Positions 31,140-41,500 of a DNA stretch of 64,000 nucleotides are shown one piece after another. This DNA comes from an uncultured Collinsella sp. (GTDB lineage: Bacteria; Actinomycetota; Coriobacteriia; Coriobacteriales; Coriobacteriaceae), in contig CASELS010000001.1 in assembly GCA_949288855.1 (NCBI GenBank), positions 68,479 through 132,478 on the forward strand. Direction: 5' to 3'. A program made the position numbers and the translations under genes. The first letter of the stretch is position 1; each line of letters starts with the position of its first letter. The notes under the pieces were generated by a model that had not been told where the DNA came from, ran no database searches, and saw only the letters and a list, made by a program, of their open reading frames with translations.

Positions 31140-32084
31140 ATGGACGGACAGCATAGCGTTGTGGTGTTCGGCAGCATGAACATGGACCTCTCGGTGGCGT
31201 GCGAGCGCATACCCGAGGCGGGCGAGACCATTGCGGGGAGCGACTTCTTTACGGCGGCGGGCGGCAAGGGCGCAAACCAGGCGGTCGCTGCAGCGCGCCG
31301 CGGGGCCACAACCTACATGATTGCGGCCGTGGGTGATGACGGCTTTGGCCGCGAGCTCACGGCGGGGCTTGAGGACGCCGGGGTTGATTGCGCAAACGTG
31401 GCTCATCTTACCGATGTCCCCACGGGCACCGCCACGATCTTACGCAGTGGCGGGGACAACCGCATCGTGCTTTCAGCCGGCGCGAACGCGGTGCGCACAC
31501 CCGAGGATGTCGAGAGCGTGATCGATGAGCTGGTGGCATCTGGCGCGGCGCCTATGGGCAGCGTCTTCATTGCCCAAGGCGAGTGCGACCTGGGCGCTAC
31601 GGCAGCGGCGCTTGTGCGCGCACACCGGCACGGGCTTTTCACTATCTTTAACCCGGCTCCTGCCTGCAACCTGCCCAAAGAGGCGTGGCACGAGGTCGAT
31701 CTTGTGTGCCTGAACGAGACCGAGTGCGCCGCCATCACGGGGGCCATGCCGGTGGACGAAGCGTCCTGCACCGCGGCTCTCAAAAAGATTGAGGAGCTCA
31801 CCGACGGCGGCATGGGCGTCATCACGCTTGGCTCCGCCGGGTCGGTCGCGCTTATTGACGATGACTTCATGCATGTGCCGGCCCAGCGCTGCGAGGCCGT
31901 GGACACCACGGGCGCGGGGGACACCTATATTGGCGTGTTCGCTGCAGCGCGTGCCGCGGGCGAGCTTATCTTTGAGTGCATGATACAGGCGTCGTTTGCC
32001 TCGGGGCTCGCGGTCACGCGCTTGGGCGCGCAGTCTTCCATCCCTACGTGGGACGAGGTTGTCGCTTGGATGATGGGCTGGTAG
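31140..32084 (+). CDS. rbsK: Ribokinase (PfkB family)
   Basis: GSMNMD, GGKGANQA, LNETE and VDTTGAGDTY. Confidence 0.85.
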   Translation: MDGQHSVVVFGSMNMDLSVACERIPEAGETIAGSDFFTAAGGKGANQAVAAARRGATTYMIAAVGDDGFGRELTAGLEDAGVDCANVAHLTDVPTGTATILRSGGDNRIVLSAGANAVRTPEDVESVIDELVASGAAPMGSVFIAQGECDLGATAAALVRAHRHGLFTIFNPAPACNLPKEAWHEVDLVCLNETECAAITGAMPVDEASCTAALKKIEELTDGGMGVITLGSAGSVALIDDDFMHVPAQRCEAVDTTGAGDTYIGVFAAARAAGELIFECMIQASFASGLAVTRLGAQSSIPTWDEVVAWMMGW

Positions 32085-32168
32085 CCACCGAGGCCGGAGC
32101 GTCATGTTGCAACAGGCACGCTGCTGCCGCTGGATTGGTGGTGCGGCTGCTGGGGGAGAGGAGCTGAG

Positions 32169-33128
32169 ATGAAAAAGCTGATACTCGATCTTGATATGGG
32201 CGTGGACGATGCCATGGCGCTCGCCTATGCGCTCGCAAGTCCCGAGGTAGAGCTCATTGGCATCACAACGGTGTTTGGCAACGTGCCCTGCGCCCAGTCC
32301 GTGGAGAACTGCCTTGCCATGCTCGAGCTCCTCGGCCATCCCGAGGTGCCGGTCGTTGCCGGTGCGGACCGGGCGCTTGCGGCTACGGCGCCCTATACCA
32401 CGATGGTAGACGTGCACGGTACCAACGGCCTTGGCGGGGTTGCGCTGCCTGAGCCCACGCGCGAGGCCGTGGGCAAGTCCGATGCCGAGGGCGGCGCTGC
32501 GGTCGACTTCCTGCTGGACGCTGCGCGCACCTGGGGAAGCGACCTCATCTACGTCCCCACCGGTCCTCTGACAAACCTAGCGCTCGCCGCCCGCCGTGAT
32601 GCGGAGGCGCTGCGTGCCATTGGCGGCATCGTCTTCATGGGTGGTGCCCTCACCATCCCCGGCAACGTCACGCCGGGCGCCGAGGCAAACATCGCCAACG
32701 ACCCGGAGGCGGCTGACGCCGTTTTGCGCTCGGGCGTGCCGGTGACCATGGTGGGGCTCGATGTTACGCATCAGACGATTCTGCCTTTTGACGAGCTTGA
32801 TTGCTGGCGGGCGCTTGGCACCCCGGCGGGCGCAGCCTTTGCCGATATCGTGGGCTATTACTTCAATTTCTATCTGGAGCATCAGGGTTACCTCGGCGGA
32901 TGCGCCCTGCACGACCCGCTTGCGGTGGCGATCGCACTTGACCCCACACTTGCGGGCACGCTCGACATCAACCTCAAGGTCGATCTGGACGGGCCCTTCC
33001 GCGGGCGCACCATTGGCGACCCTCTGCGCCTGCATGATCCGCAAAAGTCTGCCAAGGTCGCCGTGACCGTGGACGCGCCCCGCTTTGTCGAGCGCTTCTG
33101 CGAGCGCGTTCGCCAAGCGCTCGGATGA
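32169..33128 (+). CDS. Inosine/uridine-preferring nucleoside hydrolase
   Basis: DLDMGVDDA, HGTNG, GPLTN, EAN and LHDP. Confidence 0.92.
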   Translation: MKKLILDLDMGVDDAMALAYALASPEVELIGITTVFGNVPCAQSVENCLAMLELLGHPEVPVVAGADRALAATAPYTTMVDVHGTNGLGGVALPEPTREAVGKSDAEGGAAVDFLLDAARTWGSDLIYVPTGPLTNLALAARRDAEALRAIGGIVFMGGALTIPGNVTPGAEANIANDPEAADAVLRSGVPVTMVGLDVTHQTILPFDELDCWRALGTPAGAAFADIVGYYFNFYLEHQGYLGGCALHDPLAVAIALDPTLAGTLDINLKVDLDGPFRGRTIGDPLRLHDPQKSAKVAVTVDAPRFVERFCERVRQALG

Positions 33129-33235
33129 GCGGGCGTGCCGCCTCGTTAGCGTATGCAAGCGCGCATCTCGGCCGTACGCAGGAGTGAGTCTGGTACCCTT
33201 AGACTCATCTGGATATATGTGAAAGGAGCCCATCC

Positions 33236-33919
33236 ATGGAGGCTTATAAGCAGGAGTTTATCGAGTTCATGGTCGAGTCCGACGTGCTCAAGTTCGGCGA
33301 GTTCACGCTCAAGAGCGGCCGCAAGTCGCCGTTTTTCATGAACGCGGGGGCGTACGTGACGGGCGAGCAGCTCAAGCGCCTGGGCGAGTACTACGCGCGC
33401 GCCATTCACGATAACTTTGGCCTCGATTTTGACGTGGTGTTTGGCCCCGCCTACAAGGGCATTCCGCTCGCGGTGGTCACGGCAATCGCGCTTCACGACC
33501 TCTACGGCAAGGAGGTCCGTTACTGCTCCGACCGCAAGGAGGTCAAGGACCACGGCGCCGACAAGGGCGGCATGCTTGGCTACGAGCTCAAGGACGGTGA
33601 CCGCGTTGTTATGGTCGAGGACGTCACGACTTCGGGCAAGTCCATCGACGAGACTTATCCCAAGCTCATGGCTGCGGCAGACGTCGAGGTGAAGGGGCTC
33701 ATCGTTAGCCTCAACCGCATGGAGGTCGGCAAGGGCGGCGTCACCACGGCCCAGAAGGAGATTGAGGCAAAGTACGGTTTCCCCGTGGCGTCGATTGTGT
33801 CGATGGCCGAGGTCACCGAGGTGCTTCACGACCACGAGGTCGGTGGTCGCGTGGTGATTGACGACGCGATCAAAGACGCGCTCGACGCCTACTACGAGCA
33901 GTACGGCGCCAAGGAATAG
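33236..33919 (+). CDS. pyrE: Orotate phosphoribosyltransferase
   Basis: FGEFTLKSGRKSP, GPAYKGIP, RKEVKDHG and VEDVTTSG. Confidence 0.95.
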   Translation: MEAYKQEFIEFMVESDVLKFGEFTLKSGRKSPFFMNAGAYVTGEQLKRLGEYYARAIHDNFGLDFDVVFGPAYKGIPLAVVTAIALHDLYGKEVRYCSDRKEVKDHGADKGGMLGYELKDGDRVVMVEDVTTSGKSIDETYPKLMAAADVEVKGLIVSLNRMEVGKGGVTTAQKEIEAKYGFPVASIVSMAEVTEVLHDHEVGGRVVIDDAIKDALDAYYEQYGAKE

Positions 33920-33967
33920 GCAGGTAGCGCCCTCGAGCAGGGCGTAGGTTCGAATGGGGGAGGACCC

Positions 33968-34522
33968 ATGAAAAAGAAGTTCATCGTACCGATTATGGCG
34001 TTGTTTGCCGCGTGCCTTTTGGTGCTCACCGGATGCGGCGGCCCTTCTGCCGAGCAGCTCATTCGCGAGGACCTCGAGGCGCAGTTCGCTGAGGTCAAAG
34101 CCGATAACGGAGAGATGCTTGAGGCCATCGAGAGCTCGGCGGGCGAGAATTTCGATTCGCTTGGCATCGACCCCGGTGAGTTTATGAATACCTACCTGGA
34201 TGGTTTTGCGTACACCATCAACGAGATCACGGTTGAGGACAAGACGGCCAATGCCAACGTAACCGTTACGGCGAAGTCGATGGGTGATATCGTGAACGAG
34301 TTCCAGCTGCAGTTCACCGAGTATCTCTCCGGCATCGACCTCACGACGATTTCGGGCGAGGAAGAGCTCTTCCAGCAGGCCGGCCAGATTCTGTTGGAGG
34401 TTGCTCAGAGCGTCGAGCCCCAGGAAGTCGACTGCAACTTTACCTACTCGCAGGACGACGAGGGCGTCTGGAGCGCCGACGAGAGCGCTGCGAGTGAGCT
34501 CACGAACGCTCTCATGAGCTAA
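33968..34522 (+). CDS. Acidic lipoprotein of unknown function
   Basis: MKKK signal peptide and LTGC lipobox. Confidence 0.8.
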   Translation: MKKKFIVPIMALFAACLLVLTGCGGPSAEQLIREDLEAQFAEVKADNGEMLEAIESSAGENFDSLGIDPGEFMNTYLDGFAYTINEITVEDKTANANVTVTAKSMGDIVNEFQLQFTEYLSGIDLTTISGEEELFQQAGQILLEVAQSVEPQEVDCNFTYSQDDEGVWSADESAASELTNALMS

Positions 34523-34559
34523 GCGCGCGGTTGTTTTAGTACAAGATATGCTCAATTGT

Positions 34560-34585
34560 GGGGCGCCGATGCGAGTCGGCGCCCC
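34560..34585. terminator. Hairpin between convergent genes
   Basis: GGGGCGCCGA / TCGGCGCCCC stem. Confidence 0.55.
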
Positions 34586-34612
34586 GCGGCGTTTGGCGAG
34601 GCGCTCCGCTAG

Positions 34613-35341
34613 CTAGCGCGTGGGTCGCGTGGCGAGGATGCGCGCAGAGAAGAACTCGGGATGCTGGCGCGAGTAGATGACCTCAAACTGGTTTCCGGTT
34701 GAGGCAAAGGTATGGGACTCCACAAAAGCCAGGTAGGTATTGGGGTCCAAGGAGAGGAGCTCGCCGTCCGCCGCGCCCGCTTTGCGCATAGTGATGGTGC
34801 GCTTGCTGGTGAGGATCTCTATACCGAGGGTGTTTTCGATATGAGCGTAGGTGCCGGTGATGGCAATCTCGGGCGTGATGCCGGGAACCTCAAGTTCGGA
34901 GGTATAGGTCTCCTCTACAGCCACGGGGTCCCCGCTCGCTATGCGTAGGCGCAAGAGATGGACGAGCGGTATACCCGGCGCAAAGCCCGTCACCTCGGAC
35001 AGAGCGTCGTTTGCCGTTATGCGCTCAAAGGTAAGCAGGCGCGTTTTGGGGGTGAGGCCGCGTGCCGCGCAAATCTCGGGGAAGGTGTCGATTCCGCCGG
35101 TGGCATAGCCTTGCGTGCCTGTTGGCTCCGGCTGCCAGATGACGGTAACCCCGCGACCTTGGCGCGCCTGCACGTAGCCCTCTTGTGCGAGTTCCGCAAG
35201 CGCGCGACGCACGGGGGCGTGCGAACAGCCAAAGCGTTTGCAAAGTTCGGCCTCGGTAGGCAGCAGCGTTTGAAACGGGTGCGCTCCGGCACGAATCTCG
35301 TCGCGGAGCGTAGCGGCTATGGAGTGGTAGATGCTCTTCAC
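34613..35341 (-). CDS. GntR/HutC (TreR-like) regulator with UTRA domain
   Basis: LPTEAELCKRFGCSH..VRRAL..L.QEGYV..RQGRG; C-terminal QFE...SRQHPEFF. Confidence 0.9.
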   Translation of the reverse strand: MKSIYHSIAATLRDEIRAGAHPFQTLLPTEAELCKRFGCSHAPVRRALAELAQEGYVQARQGRGVTVIWQPEPTGTQGYATGGIDTFPEICAARGLTPKTRLLTFERITANDALSEVTGFAPGIPLVHLLRLRIASGDPVAVEETYTSELEVPGITPEIAITGTYAHIENTLGIEILTSKRTITMRKAGAADGELLSLDPNTYLAFVESHTFASTGNQFEVIYSRQHPEFFSARILATRPTR

Positions 35342-35364
35342 GGTGTGGAACTCGCAATCTGTTG

Positions 35365-35417
35365 ATTTATACGAATAAATATACTACAATGCTCTTGAGA
35401 AATTTATACGCATAAAT
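35365..35417. promoter_or_regulatory. Two palindromic operators ATTTATACG(A/C)ATAAAT
   Basis: Copies at 35365-35380 and 35402-35417, upstream of gntR. Confidence 0.75.
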
Positions 35418-35578
35418 CACCTCAACTCAAATTCCCTCAACTCCCTGCGTATATTATTCTCAAACCGGCTTTTGGGTTACGTATGGCGTCGTGCCCAATT
35501 GCCCCCAACCGGTCCTGCCGGGAAGTGTGGATCCCGGCAGGACCCCATTGCGCATGCCGACGGCATCAAGGAGGACTT

Positions 35579-36364
35579 ATGATCAAGGCGGCGTTCTTCG
35601 ACATAGACGGCACGCTGGTGAGCTTTAAGACCCATACCGTTCCCGCATCGGCGCGCCGCGCGCTGCACCGTCTTCACAATGCGGGTGTCAAGCTTTTTAT
35701 CGCTACGGGCAGATCGTCGAACGCTTTGCCGGATGTTATCAACGAGCTCTGCGAGGAGGTTCCCTTTGACGGCGTGCTCGCTTTCAACGGCCAGTACTGC
35801 TATCTGAGCGACGGAACCGTCTACCGTGATGTCTCGCTGCCTTGGGAGGACGTGCGAATCATTGCCTCGCAGGCAGATGCCGGTCTCTACGAGGTCGAGG
35901 TCATGCAGCTTAACCGCCTGTTTGTGAATCGCCGCAGCGAGCGCGTGCGCAAGGCAGAGGAGCATACGGATTCCCCGACACAGGTTCTGCCCCTTGAGCA
36001 TGCCTTTGATGAGCCGGTTTACCAGATGTGCGTCTATGTGGAGCCGGGCTGCGAGAGCGTCTTTGCCGATGTCTGTTCACAGGTCGAGCATGTTCGCTGG
36101 AGCGATGCGTTTTGCGACGTCATCCCCGCGGGCGGCGGCAAGCCCGCGGGGATTGCCGCGACGCTTGAGATGCTCAACATCGAGCCCGGGGAGTGTGCGG
36201 CCTTTGGTGACGGCGGCAACGATATCCCCATGTTCGGTTGCGTGGGCACGAGTATCGCCATGGGCAACGCAAGCGAGGAGGTCAAGGCCGCAGCGAGCTA
36301 CGTCGCGCCCGATATCGACGAGGACGGCATTCTCGTTGCTTGCGAGGAACTGGGCCTCATTTAG
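35579..36364 (+). CDS. Cof-type HAD-IIB hydrolase, copy 1
   Basis: FFDIDGTL, ATGR, GK and FGDGGND. Confidence 0.93.
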   Translation: MIKAAFFDIDGTLVSFKTHTVPASARRALHRLHNAGVKLFIATGRSSNALPDVINELCEEVPFDGVLAFNGQYCYLSDGTVYRDVSLPWEDVRIIASQADAGLYEVEVMQLNRLFVNRRSERVRKAEEHTDSPTQVLPLEHAFDEPVYQMCVYVEPGCESVFADVCSQVEHVRWSDAFCDVIPAGGGKPAGIAATLEMLNIEPGECAAFGDGGNDIPMFGCVGTSIAMGNASEEVKAAASYVAPDIDEDGILVACEELGLI

Positions 36365-36463
36365 CGTGCGAGCAGTCTCGCAAGCTGGTGGCGGACGTGC
36401 GGGCTTTACGCCCAAGACGACGGTGTTTCGCTATGATGCACATACAGATGAATGGGGGGCCAG

Positions 36464-37249
36464 ATGATCAAGGCGGCATTCTTCGATATCGACGGTACGC
36501 TCGTGAGCTTTAGGACGCACGAGATTCCCCCGTCGGCGCTTGAGGCACTGCGCCGCATGCACGCCGCCGGTATCAAGCTCTTTATTGCAACAGGACGCGC
36601 GTCAAGTGGCCTGCCGGAGGTTATCCTCGACTTGCACAAGGAGCTCCCCTTCGACGGCTTCCTCACGTTTAACGGACAGTACTGCATAGACGCCGCAGGT
36701 AAGACCTATCGCGATGTACCGCTCAATACGCAGGACGTCAAGACCATCATCAAACAGGCCGAAGAAGGGCTTTACGAGCTGCAAGTCATGCAGCTTAGCC
36801 AGAACTTCGTCAACCGTCGCGGGCCGCGCGTGCGCCTGGCCGAGGCGCGGGTGGGTGGCGAAAGCATCGTTCGCGACCTCTCCCACGCCTTCGACGAGCC
36901 GGTGTATCAGCTGTGCGTATACGTGGCTCCCGGGGAGGAGGGGGTCTTTGCCGACGTTTGTCCTCACGTGACGCACGCGCGTTGGTGCGATTATTTCTGC
37001 GATGTTATCCCTGCAGACGGCGGTAAGCCGGCCGGTATTGCGGCAACCCTCGAGTGGCTCGGCATTGAACCCGAGGAGTGCGCGGCCTTTGGCGACGGCG
37101 GCAACGACGTCCCCATGTTCGGCTGCGTGGGCACGAGCGTCGCCATGGGCAACGCCTCAGACGCGGTCAAGGCCGCAGCCAGCTACGTCGCACCCGACAT
37201 CGACGAGGACGGCATCCTCGTCGCCTGCGAGGAGCTCGGTCTTATCTAA
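36464..37249 (+). CDS. Cof-type HAD-IIB hydrolase, copy 2
   Basis: Same motifs and same length (786 nt) as copy 1. Confidence 0.93.
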   Translation: MIKAAFFDIDGTLVSFRTHEIPPSALEALRRMHAAGIKLFIATGRASSGLPEVILDLHKELPFDGFLTFNGQYCIDAAGKTYRDVPLNTQDVKTIIKQAEEGLYELQVMQLSQNFVNRRGPRVRLAEARVGGESIVRDLSHAFDEPVYQLCVYVAPGEEGVFADVCPHVTHARWCDYFCDVIPADGGKPAGIAATLEWLGIEPEECAAFGDGGNDVPMFGCVGTSVAMGNASDAVKAAASYVAPDIDEDGILVACEELGLI

Positions 37250-38367
37250 CAATTGCCCCTTTCTTCGTTTGCCTGTCCGCCCTTTAAGGCAAACCGCTGC
37301 TTCTCGGTTTCTATGGCTTGACGCAGCTCGTCCTCGCTGGGGAGATAGAGCAGGTAGCTGCTCGCATAGAGCTGGTCGCTGTCGTGAAGGACGGAGTAGC
37401 GGGCGATGTCCGCGCTAGTCTCTGAGGTGAGGACGATTCCTATGGTGGGATTATCGTCGGCGCGCCGCACCTTGTCGTCGAACATGCGGACGTACATATC
37501 CATCTGCCCGACGTCTTGGTGGGTGACCGGGCCGCACTTGAGGTCCACGAGTACGTAACACTTCAGGATGACGTTGTAGAAGACAAGGTCGATATAGTAG
37601 TCCCCGCTCATGCCACGCAGATGGTATTGGCGCCCCATAAAGGCATAGCCTTTGCCCATCTCCAAGAGAAACTTTTGAAGGTTGGCGAGTATGGCGCTTT
37701 CCAGATCCGTCTCGCGCACCTCGGTATCGGGCGAGAAGCCGAGGAACTCAGCAACGTACGGGTCCTTGATGAACTCAGCAACGTGATACGCGCGCGTTTG
37801 GTATCGCGCGGCCTTTGCCTGCATCTCCTGCTCTACGGGCGCTTTGTTTCCCGAGAGGAGCAGGCGTTCATAATACTTTGTGCCAATGTTCCGTGCGAGC
37901 GTGCGGACGCTCCATCCCTGTTCGGATGCCTCGCGCGCGTACCAAGCGCGTGCGTCGTCATTGATAACGCGCAGAAGCTCGCGATAATGCGTCCAAGATA
38001 GCCTGTGCACCAATTGTCGACTCACTGAGTCGACAATTGTGGGAAACAGGCGATAGAACTGAACATATTTGTGAAGCTCCTGTTTGCCAAACCCCTTGCC
38101 CATAGTTTTAAGCTCGTTAGCGAGTCGTTCGATGACCTGTTTGCCGTATTCCGCACGATTGGCGCCTTTGAGCTCCTCCTCGGCAATGCGCTTGCCCAGG
38201 TACCAGTTGCGCAGCACCAAGGTTGTGTTGACAGAACGGCGTGCGGCGTCGTGGGCGCTTTCGATAATGGTCCGTGCATCCGCCACAATGTCTGCCGTTG
38301 ACTGATATGAAGAGTCTGCGGGTAGCGCAAAATATTGCCGCTTGGTAGGGATGACTAGAGTCTGCAT
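37246..38367 (-). CDS. YhcG/DUF1016 PD-(D/E)XK nuclease-family protein
   Basis: NWYLGKRI, LSWTHY, WSVRTL, KDPY, FLLEMGKGYAF, YIDLVFYN...VLVDLK and GQMDMY. Confidence 0.9.
   Translation of the reverse strand: MQTLVIPTKRQYFALPADSSYQSTADIVADARTIIESAHDAARRSVNTTLVLRNWYLGKRIAEEELKGANRAEYGKQVIERLANELKTMGKGFGKQELHKYVQFYRLFPTIVDSVSRQLVHRLSWTHYRELLRVINDDARAWYAREASEQGWSVRTLARNIGTKYYERLLLSGNKAPVEQEMQAKAARYQTRAYHVAEFIKDPYVAEFLGFSPDTEVRETDLESAILANLQKFLLEMGKGYAFMGRQYHLRGMSGDYYIDLVFYNVILKCYVLVDLKCGPVTHQDVGQMDMYVRMFDDKVRRADDNPTIGIVLTSETSADIARYSVLHDSDQLYASSYLLYLPSEDELRQAIETEKQRFALKGGQANEERGNC
38011..38039. repeat. Perfect intragenic palindrome CAATTGTCGACTCA-C-TGAGTCGACAATTG
   Basis: 14-bp perfect arms around a single central base. 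Confidence 0.9.
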
Positions 38368-38505
38368 GGACGAGGCATTTGCGTCGCCGCTGTGCGCTAA
38401 GATAGGGCAAAACATAACGATTGACCCGCACCGGCTTGCTCGGGCGGGTTTTCGGCGTGCGCGGCACGAAGGCTGGCGCCCGCGCCCGGCAAGACGGGAG
38501 ACCGC

Positions 38506-41500
38506 ATGCTTATCCATCGAATCGCCGCGCAGCTTTTCTGTGCAGAGGGCCCTGCCGCCATCGAGGCTGCGCTCGATGCGGGCAAGGACGCCACGCTTGC
38601 GGTGTCGCAGTCGGGGCGCACCCTTATGCTCGCCGCCCAGTTTGCCCGGCGCCCCCGTGCGACGGTCTACATCGTCTCGGGCGAGGAGGCGGCGGACCGC
38701 GCGGCGCGGGCCCTCGCTGCCTATCTGGGGCTGGAGCATGTGGTGCGCTACCCCGAGCGTCGCGATCTCCCCTGGAACGCCAAGGCGGATCTGGACGATG
38801 CCGCCGTAGCTCAGCGTTGCCAGGCGATCGGCCGTGTGGCGCGCGGCGAGGCCGTCATTATGGTTGCCTCGGCCCGCGCCCTGCTGCGCTGCGTGCCCGA
38901 TCCCTCGAGTCGCTACTGGCAGGAAGCGCATTTTGCGGTGGGGGATGAGGTCCCCTTTGAGGACGTGCCCCGCCGTCTGGTGGGTATGGGCTACACCGCC
39001 GCGGAGGCGGCAGATGCGCCGGGGCTCTTCCGCGTGCACGGCGATACGGTGGACGTCTTTCCCGCGCAGGGCACCTCGCCCGTACGCTTGGAGTTCTTTG
39101 GCGACGAGATAGACCGCATCCGCCGCATGGTGACTTCTACGGGCCAGACCATCGGCGACGAGCACGCCGTCGACATCTACCCCTGCCGCGAGCTCGCCCT
39201 GACCGATGACGCGCTCCATCGTCTGCGGGCCGCTCTGTATCAGCCGGCGCAGCAGGATACCGAGCTTGCGGCGCTGCTTGAGCTTGCCGAGGCACGTGTG
39301 GCCACGCCCGAGCTCGACCGTTTCCTGCCCCTTCTGTACGAACGCACCGTGACGCCGCTCGAGCATCTCGCCAAAGACGCACTCGTGGTCCTCTCGGAGC
39401 CGCGGTCGCTCTTTGACGACTGCTCGCGCGCCTATGAGGACTGGGAGCGCCGCGCGGGGGAGGCCCGCGTGAGCAGGCTCGACGGTCTGTACGTGCGTCC
39501 GCAGGAGCTCGACTTTGGCCGTCAGCAGCGTCTGAACTACGTCTCGCTCATCCGTGCGGGCGGTGCGGTCACCGCCGAGCTTAAGATCGAGCAGCCCGCC
39601 ATTGCGGGGTCCGACACGCGCTTTATCTCGCGTATTCGCGAATGCGTTTCAAACCGTTTTGCCGTGGTGTTCGCCGCGCCCGACCGCGGCGCTCGCGAGT
39701 CGCTCGAGCTCTCGCTCGGCGACGAGTCGATTCCCTTTGAGGAGTCGCTGCAGACCGCGCCCGAGAACGAGGGTGCGGTCGCTGCATCCATCCAGATCCG
39801 CGTGACCGACCCGCTCAACCTAAAGCGCATCGACCCCGCCGAACGTGCAACTACGGTGCCCACGCTCACGCGCGGCCGCGTCACCTTTGTCGATCTGCCG
39901 CTGCCCTCTGGTGTGGTGATTCCCGAGGCGCACCTCGCCATCTTCTCCATTGCCGACCTGAACGCGCGGCTCGACGCCCGCCGCGGGCGAGCCCGCCGCC
40001 GGCGTATAGACATCACCGAGGTGACCTTCCCCTTCAAGCCGGGGGACTACGTGGTCCATGCTACGCACGGCATCGCACTCTTCTCGTCCATCGTGCGCCA
40101 GGAGGTTGCGGGCCGCGAGCGTGATTACTTCCTTCTGGAGTACGCCGGCGGCGACAAACTGTACGTGCCGCTCGAGCAGGTCGACCGCATCACACGCTAC
40201 GTTGGTCCCGACGGCGACAGCCCGCGCCTCACGCGCCTCAACACGGCGGACTGGTCGCGCGCGACAAACAAGGCGCGCAAGAGCGCCAAAAAGCTCGCCT
40301 TCGACCTCGTCGACCTTTACACGCGCCGTAGCTCCATCACGGGTTTTGCCTGCCCGCCCGACACGCCCGAGCAGCTTGAGATGGAGGCGAGCTTTCCGTA
40401 CGAACCCACGCACGACCAGATCGAGGCCATCCACGACATCAAGGCCGATATGGAGTCTGCCAAACCCATGGACCGCCTGCTCTGCGGCGACGTGGGCTTT
40501 GGCAAGACGGAGGTGGCGCTGCGCGCGGCGTTCAAGTGCGTTGATTCCGGCCGGCAGGTGATGGTGCTCTGCCCCACGACGATTCTCGCGCAGCAGCACT
40601 ACCAGACGTTCTTTGAGCGCTTTGCGCCCTTTGGGGTGGAGGTCGAGGTGCTCTCCCGTTTCCGCACGCCGGCACAGCAAAAGCGCGCGCTCGCCGCGTT
40701 TGCCGAAGGCAAGGTCGATGTGCTGGTGGGCACGCATCGCCTGCTTTCCTCGGATGTCAACCCGGCGCGCCTGGGCCTTGTCATCATCGACGAGGAGCAG
40801 CGTTTTGGCGTGCAGCACAAAGAGCAGCTCAAAAATTTGCGCGAGCAGATTGACGTGCTCACGCTCTCGGCAACGCCTATCCCGCGCACCATGCAGATGG
40901 CGATCAGCGGCGTGCGCGACATGTCGCTCATCACCACCCCGCCCACGGGGCGCCGCCCGGTCATCGTCCATGTGGGTGAGTACGACCCAGACGTGGTGTC
41001 GGCTGCCATCCGCCTGGAGCTCGAGCGCAAGGGGCAGGTCTATTACGTGAGCAACCGCGTGAAGACCATCGACGACGCGGTCGACCGCGTGCACGAGGTC
41101 GCGCCCGAGGCACGCGTGGGCGTGGCACACGGCAAGATGAGTCCACGCGAGGTCGAGGACGTCATGATCGACTTCGCTACGGGCAAGATCGACGTGCTCG
41201 TGGCAACGACCATCATCGAGAGCGGCATCGACAATCCGCATACCAACACCCTCATCATCGAGGACTCGCAGCGCTTGGGTCTCGCTCAGCTCTACCAGCT
41301 GAAGGGTCGCGTGGGCCGTTCGGCCACGCAGGCGTATGCCTACTTCATGTTCCCGGGCGAGATTCCGCTCACGCCCGAGGCCACCGAGCGCCTGACCGCC
41401 CTCGCTGAGTTCCAGGACCTGGGAAGTGGCATGCGCATCGCCATGCGCGACCTCGAGATCCGCGGTGCGGGGTCGCTTGTGGGTGCCGAGCAGCACGGCA

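Noticed and set aside
38368-39366. 706-aa extended YhcG ORF
   Set aside because: The extension is antisense to the mfd 5' end; the family-like sequence starts near 38367.
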